Source: the human T2T-CHM13v2.0 reference genome, Homo sapiens. From it: DNA of 64,000 nucleotides. A program made the position numbers and the translations under genes. Positions 44,337 to 64,000 of this stretch are shown one piece after another (within the stretch, counting starts at the first letter, position 1; the number at the start of each line of letters is the position of its first letter). The stretch is from the NCBI RefSeq assembly GCF_009914755.1, contig NC_060935.1; one strand, written 5' to 3'. The notes under the pieces were generated by a model. The model saw only the letters and a list, made by a program, of their open reading frames with translations, made no database searches and was not told the origin of the DNA.

Positions 44337-45599
44337 ATAAATGCTTCCATTTCCGCCTCGACAACTACTCCACCTGAAGCTGTTCATTTCTTCTTGCATT
44401 CCTTCCAGAAAAAAGTTATACACATGCCTGAATATAAGCACCTACTTTATATATTTCTCCCTCTTGTTTTTGCATATGCATAGTTTACCTAAAAGTGACT
44501 TGCCCGCTGTTTTGGACTACGCTTTGATCTTAACTAATATCTTGGAGATATTTCCTTACCCAAATATATTGCACTATCTCACATTACTCAAATCAATCAA
44601 ATTCCATAATTTATTTCGATTGTGTCTAGCATTTCGCTATGATTAGAAAGAATGCTGTCATGGAACTTTTTGACAAACATTGTTGAGAATATCCATAGGG
44701 CAAACTCCGTACAGAGAGCTTGTTGGAATGAAGGGTACCAGCATTTTCCGTTTGATGGATAGTACCAAATTGCCCTCCAGGAATGTTATACGCTCACCAG
44801 AACTGATTATAATAAAACGTCTACATATTTGTTAGTTTTATAAGCAACGCGTGGTGTCTCGTTTGGGTTTAAGGATTCTTTAATTATGAATGAGGCTGTC
44901 TGAGCATTTCACTGCGGAGCCTGAGCGCGCCTGCCTGGGAAAACACTGCAGCGGTGCTCGGACTCCTCCTGTCCAGCAGGAGGCGCGGCCCGGCAGCTCC
45001 CGCATGCGCAGTGCGCTCGGTGTCAGACGGCCCGGATCCCGGTTACCGGCCCCTCGCTCGCTGCTCGCCAGCCCAGACTCGGCCCTGGCAGTGGCGGCTG
45101 GCGATTCGGACCGATCCGACCTGGGCGGAGGTGGCCCGCGCCCCGCGGCATGAGCCGGTGACCAAGCTCGGGGCCGAGCGGGAGGCAGCCGTGGCCGAGG
45201 TAAGCGCGGCTCTCCAGGGCGGCGGCCGGGCGGGCGCTGAAGCGAGGGCTCGGGCCTCCGGGGGCCGCTGCTGGGTCGGGACAAGGGCCGAGGGAGCGCG
45301 GCCGCGCGGAGGCTCCGTGGAGGCCCGTGGGCTGCGAGAGGCCACCCCCAGCCCCGCCGGGGCTGTGACAATGACTGCCCGCTTTTGGAGCGCTCCGATT
45401 TCCACTCCTGCTTCTCCTTCTCCTCCGGCGGCGGCCGCGCTTTCAGCATCTTGGTACCCACCTGTTCTCCTAGCCAACCTTCGCCCCCAGTCCGCTCCTT
45501 CCTTTCCTCCTGCGACCCGCCCTCCGCCCTCCGCCGTGACCCCTCCCTTCCTGCTGCCACCTTCCCGCCAGCCACAGGGATCTGATTCCTCCCAGGGGG

Positions 45600-45668
45600 A
45601 TGTCCTGCGCCTCAGGGTCCGGTGGTGGCCTGCGGCATCCCTTGCGGTGCCAGAAGCCGTGGGACGAG
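45600..45668 (+). CDS. EXT2: EXT2 alternative coding first exon (MSCASGSGGGLRHPLRCQKPWDE), giving a 33-aa N-terminally extended isoform
   Basis: ATG at 45600; GAG|gtaggg phase-0 donor; joins the 10 open codons ([10 protein letters not shown]) before the main ATG in exon 2. Confidence 0.85.
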
Positions 45669-45682
45669 GTAGGGAAGGGGCC

Positions 45683-45989
45683 AGGGGCATGTTATGCCGG
45701 GGACTGGGTGGTCGGGGGCGTGTTAGGCCGGGGACTGGGTGACCGGGAACTAGATGGCCGGGGGCGTGTTAGGCCGGGGACTGGGTGGCCGGGGTCATGT
45801 TGGGCCAGGCACTAGGTGGCTGGGGGCGTGTTAGGCAGGGGACTGGGTGGCCGGGGGCCTGTCAGGACGGGGCAGGAGTATGTTAGACTGCGGACTAGAT
45901 TGCTGGTGGCATGTTAGGCCAGGGACTAGGTGGCCCGGGGGTGTGTCGGGCCGGGGCCAGGGGCATGTTAGTCTCGGGACTAGGTGGCC
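45683..45989 (+). repeat. GC-rich ~31-bp minisatellite (GGGGGCGTGTTAGGCCGGGGACTGGGTGGCC consensus, ~9-10 units)
   Basis: Degenerate tandem units starting ~15 nt after the exon 1b donor. Confidence 0.88.
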
Positions 45990-46854
45990 AGAAGCACACT
46001 GGCTCTGGGCTTCAACTTGAAGTCCAGAGGTGTTTGGGGCTTTGTTACATTCGGTGGGAACCAGATCTAAACACACAATTTTGAGAATCAAAGAATTGCT
46101 TGGTGTTACTGATTGGGCAATGCTAATCTAGAAAGGTTCTTGACTTATTTATGTGAAGATATGGTCTTGAAATATGTACATTTAAATTCTTGTAAGTCTT
46201 AACTTCTTGTAAGTCAGGTAAGTGCTCTATGTACTTTAACTGGACTTAGTTTGTAACTTTCAGAACTCAAAGGCTATTCACTGTAATAAAATAGATGATT
46301 CAGTTTCCATCATTCACTTTCCCCGACTTCCTGGTTGCATGTGAGGGTATGAATGGATAATCAGTTTTGGGGCCAGACTGCCATGCTGTGAATCCTAGCT
46401 TTGGCATTTCCAGTTGTGTAATATTGGGCCAGGTACTTAAACTTTCTGTTGTACTATCCCCATCTGTAAAATGAGGGTAATAATAGCTTGGCTTATAGTG
46501 CTGTTATGAAGATTAAATAAGTTAACACTATAAAGTGCTTAAAACAGACCCTGGCATGTAGTAAGTGCTTAGTAAGATTTACATATTAATTATGTAATGA
46601 CACACATTGTCTTATGGTATAATTCCCATGATTAAAAGGGCATTGTTTTTAATTGAAAATAATTTTTAGGGGCATTTAGCCATAACATAACTTTAATTAT
46701 AAAGAATCCTATCAAGTAAGGCAATGAATTGTGGCTTTTTTTGCTTTTGCTTATATTTGGTTCCTCTGTTTTTCGGAATGGTTGGGTTAAGATCCAGTGT
46801 GGCAGTGGCCCCAGGAGTTCAGCTGTAAGGCCCTTTCTAAAAAGGTTAAGAAGA

Positions 46855-48965
<2,111 letters not shown>

Positions 48966-49149
48966 AAATATATGCTCTGGATTTGGTATTAGATGCTAGG
49001 AATACTGAGCAGAGATGAACAACTGATTACAGGAAAAATCACAACCAGTAGAGGAGACAGACTTGCAAATACTTAACCAATTCATAAAATGTGGCAAGTG
49101 CTAGAATGCAGTGTATGAAAGGTGATGTGGGTGCTCACAGGGAAGATCC

Positions 49150-51880
49150 TCTCTCTGTAAAGCACTGCTTAGTAAGGGGCTTTTCCCCTTTCTTTTCTCA
49201 TTCTTTCCCTCTCATTTCTTCTATTGTTTATTCCACCTCAAGTGCTTGCTTTTATTCCTCAGAGTTTGATACAGATGTGTGGGAGTTCGCTTAGCTTGTG
49301 TCGACACACTTCACAAGCATGGAGGAGTTTACGTGTCTGAGGGCATCCCTCAGCCAGTGCGGGGTGGGCTTTGGTTGTTGAATGATGTGGCTTCCCTCCA
49401 AAGGGACAGCTCTGAAGTGTGTTCTCCGTGCTTCTCCAGAGGGATCCTAGAAGGACTGGGTATTGTGGCCTAGCTCAGTCTGGTAAGCAGCTCAAGTGTG
49501 CACCCTTCTGACTCCTCTCCTTACTTCCACACTCTGGCTTTCTGGATTCACCTTTTGCAAGCTACTTGCACCCAAGTTGTTTTCTCTTAGTTTGGCAGAG
49601 CACAAACCAAGGTCGTTGGTACTAGAAGTGGCTCTAGAAAGCAGGCTGTGAGATAGTATTGTGAAAATGGAATCACTCACCCTCAGTTGGCAACAAGGAC
49701 CTCTTTGCTAGTATTAATTGAGGTGTTGGTAACCCCTGGTACTCTCTAACATCACAGTTGTAGTAAGACTGTCACCACGAGTGGTTTAGGATGAGACTCA
49801 GGTGGAAGGAAAAGCATTGGCTAGTATGGTAGCTCTAGCACTTGAGCAGTGTATGGACAATGGTAATGATAAGGAGAGTGGAGTTGACTGGCTCTTGTTA
49901 TTTTCCTTAGAAGCCTTGGGGTAAGAGAATGCCATGCCCAGATCAGCCAGACATGAACTCAGGGTTCATTGTGAAAGACAGAAGGCTCTATGGCCGCATC
50001 TCCTGCAGCTGGAGGGTGGGCTCTGTTGAAGGTCGGGCCCAGAATTTAATTATACATGTGGCAGAATTGCAAAGGAAGCTGAATGCACAGCCTTGACAGG
50101 TTGCCTCTGCTAAAGTCAGGGCAATGGTAGCAAGATGTGAGACCCTGAGACCTGGATGGAGATATTTGGGTGGAGGCACCGAGAACTTTGAATTCCCAGA
50201 TTTCCTCAGATCCCTTGGGCCAGTAGAGGTATGCACCTCTCTGATGCAGAGGACAGCAGTTTCTTCTTGCCTGGACACTGTGCAGAGCTCTCACTTGAGG
50301 CAGATGCCTCCCATATGATTCTTGTGCTCCTCAAGATCTGCCTTCCACTCCCCTCAGATCTCAGCATTGCCTGAGCAGGAAAGCAGTTCTTAAGGAGTTG
50401 CAGGACCTGGCTAATATGGACCAGCAGAAACTGAGGAAACACAGTGGGTTGGGGGTGGGGTGGGGAGAATCTTAAGGGTGTTGGACCAAAGGTGGGGGTA
50501 TTGGTGGACTATAAAGCTGGAGAGGAGAGAACCTGTTGACAGGTGAGCATTCTCTCATGATTCAGGATTTGGTGACCTAGCAAGGACAGCTGGAGCCAGT
50601 CTTGGTATGCGGCTGGGCAGGCTCCTTGAAGCTTGGACACAACGACCCATACCAGTGGTTTGCAACCAGGGCTGATTTTGCCTCCCCAAGGGATATTTGG
50701 CAATGTCTGGATATATTTTTAGTTGTTACAGCTGGAGGTTGCTTCTGGCTTCTACTGAGTAGGGATGCTATTCAGCCACCTCCAATGTACAGAATAGCTC
50801 CCCACAAAAAAGAGTTATCTGGCCTAAAATGTCATAGTGCTAAGGTTAAGTCACTTTGGACTGCAATAAATGCGGTGGAGGCATCAGAACTATTTTGGCA
50901 GAGTATTGAGGAAGGAATCACCTGCACCTCCTGCCTGTTTTCCTGGGAGGGCCTATTCCTTTCACTCTGCTAATGTGGAATGCCCAGTGAGGGGACCTGC
51001 ATCTTTGAGAAGCTCAGTGTTGGCTGTCTTCTGTAGGACAAGATTGACCTTAGGAGATGTTACTGTGAAACTAGGTTCCCAAGTATCAATGAGGATGATA
51101 GGATTCTGAGATAGTGGAGGCCAGTTGGTGGCAGTTAATCATCAGAGACAAGGTAGACATAGTGCCCAGAATGGGCAGCAAGGCTGGACTCACAACTGGG
51201 GAATCTTGACCCACTCTGATGCGAATAGAACATGGTGTTTCTAAGCTGGGCAGCTAACCATGGTGCTGCTTGACTTGTATAATCAGTAAAAAAAAAAAAA
51301 AAAAAAAATTAAGAGCTGGCACGTGGAAGATTGATGTCAGCTGCTACAATGGAGAAAAATCACTATCTCTCCCCTTGTGTTCAGACATGAGCCATTTCTT
51401 AGACCCATATCCCATGGATTGAAGGGGAGGCTGGATCTCTTTCGGGAAAGATCTTGCAACATTCCTGCACGTATAGGCAGACATTCTCCCATCCTTCCTC
51501 AAGGGAACTGCAGATCTTTATCAGAATAGCTGTACAGCAAAGAAAGTATAATATTTAGACCTTTATAGGGCTGTTGAATATAGGGTTCGGGCTGATAACA
51601 GTACCAGGCAACCCTCAACCAATAGTGGATAGGTGTTGCAGACAGATGCTCTAGTCTCCCATCCTGCTTAGAGACCAGCTGTATTCTAAATGAGTCTTCA
51701 GAAGGCTCCTGGTAGCCTTAGGAGCCCCTGTTGCCCACTGCAGTAACCAGCCTAAGAACACACTTTTTATTGGCTTTGCCCTGTTGCCTGTCTCCTTGCT
51801 CCCTCACTGTGGCTTTCTGAGATCACCTCCCAAGTAAGTAGACTACTTGCACTCCTGTCTTTGTCTCTGTCTCTCTCTTT
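49150..51880 (+). mobile_element. ERVL (LTR16/HERV16-like) provirus relic with internal MER20 (50653-50855)
   Basis: Two similar LTR-like ends (tggctttctg..tcacct..gctacttgcac); PBS-like TGGTACTAGAAGTGG at 49617. Confidence 0.65.
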
Positions 51881-54619
51881 TTTTTTTTTTTTTTTTTTGC
51901 ACGGGGTCGGGGGTATGAGGGGAGTCAAACTATGACAGGTAGCAAGCAAAATATGATACTTAAGACTAACATAGTGAGTGTCAGCTCCCTCTTCCTTCTG
52001 CTGAGGCCACTTGGGACTCTGGAGTCAGTTCCTGTGGTTCCGTATCTTCTCCAACAATACTTGGTGGTGTTTGACTCTTAATTTGCCTATGCTGTTGGGT
52101 ATAGGTCTCATTGTGGTCTTACTTTCCATGACCATTAAGGAGACTAAACATCTTTTTATATGTTTATGTGCCTTTTTTGCCTTTTCTGTGAAATTCCTGT
52201 TTAAGTGTGTTTTCTGTTTTTTGTTTGTTTTGTTTTCTTTTTGTTTGTTTTTTTCTTATTGCTTCGTACAGTTTATTCTGGTTGCAAGTCCCTGTTGCTT
52301 ATATGTGCTGGAAATATATTCTTCAGGCTTGCAGCTTGTCTTTTTACTTCCTTATTGTGTTTTTGATGGAAAATTCTTAATGGTTTCTGGTTTTTGTGTT
52401 TTGGAAATCATTCTCTGCCAGATGTCATTGATATTCTCTATTGTGTTCTAAATATTTTATAGTTTTTCCTTTTACATTTAGTTTTAAGATATACCTTGAA
52501 TAGATTTTTCTCCCCTTTGGCTGCTTTTAATATTCTTCTTTAACTTTCTTTTTAGCAGTTTGGCTTTGATATATCTAGGTAGCATTTTCTTTATATATAT
52601 ATATGTTCTGTTCTGAGTTGAGCATCTTGAGTCTGTGAATTGATGTATTTTATCATTTTTGGAAAAACTTAAAAAAACACAGTTGGATTATCCCATCGGC
52701 TTCTACATTCAGTCTGTTGCAGTGTCATATGTCATGTAGCCTCTGGAAAATGGAAGTGAATAAAGCAAATGTCAGTATTAAACTAGTATAAGCCCTTTGA
52801 AAGGGCCTGGGATGCCTGAAGCATACTTCAAGAACCAGTGTTCTAAGATTTTGGTATGAAGCATTTGCTAGCCTCCTAAACTGAGCTTTGAAGTGTTTCC
52901 TCTTTTTTTTCTGAACTCTGGAATAATTTGTGGAAAATTGGAATTATTATTTCTTGAATATTTGGTAGAACTTGGAAAATTTTCTGGGCCTGGAATTTTC
53001 TTTATAGGAAGATTTTTAAACTTTTGATTCAGTGTCTTTAATGTTATAGAGCTACTCAGAGTTGCTGTTTCTCCTTGAGATGCTTTTGGTAAGTATATTT
53101 TAAAATAATTTTTCCATGTTATCTGAGTTTTCAAATGTACTGGCATAAATTCATTGATACCATCTTATCTTTTAAATATATGCAGCATTTAGAGTTATGT
53201 TCCCCTTTTCAGGTATTTATTTGCACCTTTTTCCTTGAATTCTTGATTAATCTTACCAGAATTTTATTAGTCTGTTTTTAAACAAACAACTTTTAGCCTT
53301 GTTGACCATTTCTATTTTGTTTTTTAATTAATCTCTGTGCTTTTATTTATTATTTTCTTCTGTTATCTTTGGTTTTACTTTGTTGTGATATGTCTTTTTT
53401 ATAGTTAATCTGCAACTCATAAAGATTTGTGAAGCTCATGTGTGAATACAGTTTTTGTTCCCTTAACCTCAATTTTGTCATACATAGAAGCTATTTTTCA
53501 AGCTATGGAGGACCCATTATTGGGTGGTATAATTGATCTAGTAGGTTATGGCCAGAATTTTTTAAAAAGCAATAGAATAACAGAGTAGAAAAATGGAGGG
53601 TTCATTGCGTGTTCTGTGGCTAACACTGTGTACTCACAGTACATAGCTTAAATGTTGTTTTTTGAAGCTTTATTTAAAATATCCATATACACACATATAT
53701 ATATCTGTCTATATTGGGTCACAATATAACATATATTTCTTACTGTCAATTTTAGTTTAAAAAAAGTTTTGAAAAACACTATTAAAGGGTAGTTTGTCTA
53801 ATATTAATAAAGGTTTAAAACCAGATGGCACAAAATACTTGAGGAGCTTGTTTTTAAATGACATATTCTGTGGCCCTATTTTAAACTTACTGATAACAGC
53901 CTCCAGTGGTGGGGCCAAGGAATCTGTTTTAACAAACTCTTGTGCTTCTTACCCTTCAGGTGTTGGGGAACCACTGATTCAAGTATACACATAGACCTTG
54001 AGAGCTTCTTGGGAAGTTCTAACATGGGCCAGCGGAGGGCAGCTCCTTGCCTGCATTTGTCCCAAAACTTCCTGTCTTCAAACTCCAGGAGGGATATGCA
54101 GAATGGCAAGGAAGCCATACCATAGGGTGGGCCTGCAGCTGGTAGGGGATGGGAGCAGGCAGGAATATTCTGCTTACTGTTAGAATGATAGAAAAAGTGA
54201 AATCGCTGTCATGCCACATTTCTGTCATAGAACAATTAGAATATATTGAGTGACTGATGTATATACTCCAAAGATGATAATCTTTTAAGCTCAAAATGTA
54301 TGAATTTTCATGTATTAGTCAATGATAGGCAAATTCCTTGTTATGTTCCAGTTTCTGGTCTTAGAGAGATATGACTTGAAATGATTCATGACCATTTAGC
54401 ATATTTTACCCCCAAAACTGAAAGTGATTGCAACATTCAAGCTTGGCAATACTCAGCTCGCTAGGCAGGAAGCAGTTTACCATGTGGGCACTGATGGGGA
54501 GAGCTCCATTTATCCGAAGCAAAAATGGTTGATAACTCTAAGATGGTCTATGAGCTTTTCAGTTACTTCCCATTATATTAATAGCTTTCCTGGAAGATCC
54601 GTGAGTAGAATGATACCAT

Positions 54620-56950
<2,331 letters not shown>

Positions 56951-56956
56951 GGTTGA

Positions 56957-63645
<6,689 letters not shown>

Positions 63646-64000
63646 TAAGGTACATTCATCCCAGCCAGGTGTGCCTTTACTGAATCTGTGAGATGTTGAT
63701 GAGGTTTAGTGTGGTGGGCATCAAAGCAACCAATACATCAGTTACAGGGTAGGGTCCTTGAGGCACTGAGGCACCCATCTTTCCCACCTCCATGCAGTCT
63801 CATTCATCTTGCAGTTTTCTCTGTCTCCTTAAATTCACAGTGCTGTCTACCAAGTTTTCTAAGCCAGGAATCCATGTGGTATCCTTAACTCCGTTCTCTC
63901 CTTTGTTTCCTATATCAAAGTAGGAAGTCGTATTGATTCTGCATCCTAAATACTTCCTAGGTCTGTCTGCTCCCCGAATCCTCCTCCTCTACCCTAGACC

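Larger units (their letters stand above)
44900..45990. promoter_or_regulatory. EXT2: EXT2 CpG-island promoter with non-coding exon 1a (donor after 45199)
   Basis: Very GC/CpG-rich; NRF1-type CGCATGCGCA at 45001-45010; GAG|gtaagc at 45199/45200. Confidence 0.92.

Noticed and set aside
44880-45742. Overlapping long ORFs of 231, 262 and 215 aa on both strands
   Set aside because: Low-complexity R/A/P/G products expected from a stop-poor CpG island; no domain similarity. Only the spliced frames discussed above are credible.
49617-49631. tRNA-complementary sequence as a possible tRNA gene
   Set aside because: Only a ~15-nt retroviral PBS; no cloverleaf or A/B boxes.

Overview
Human (primate) genomic DNA that I recognise as the 11p11.2 locus. 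It carries three genes in tandem on the + strand: (1) the last 11 coding exons and 3' UTR of ACCSL (669-9250); (2) the complete ACCS gene, with a CpG-island promoter at ~15.3-16.1 kb and 14 coding exons at 16961-33139 (1506 nt, 501 aa, PLP lysine K323); (3) the 5' part of EXT2 (exostosin-2), with a CpG island at ~44.9-46.0 kb, two alternative first exons and coding exons 2-4. ACCSL and ACCS are ancient tandem paralogues of plant ACC synthase/fold-type-I PLP enzymes and share identical internal exon sizes. The rest is typical mammalian repeat landscape: about 30 Alus (three nested), L1/L2/MIR, ERV1 and MaLR solo LTRs, an ERVL provirus relic and DNA transposons. I see no CRISPR array, RNA gene or new protein-coding gene, and I cannot claim a wholly new system. 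The best leads are regulatory or isoform-level: a consensus 5' splice site overlapping the ACCS stop codon that is in phase with EXT2 exons 3 and 4; AUG-free, stop-free first exons in frame with both ACCS and EXT2; a candidate Alu poison exon behind a TCTT tract; a MER20 terminus forming an ACCS splice donor; CPE-hexamer pairs in the ACCSL 3' UTR; active-site substitutions; and a BRE-TATA/AP-2/FOX cluster in EXT2 intron 3. Repeat subfamily names are recognised from memory and need RepeatMasker/Dfam confirmation. Repeat boundaries are approximate unless a TSD is given.
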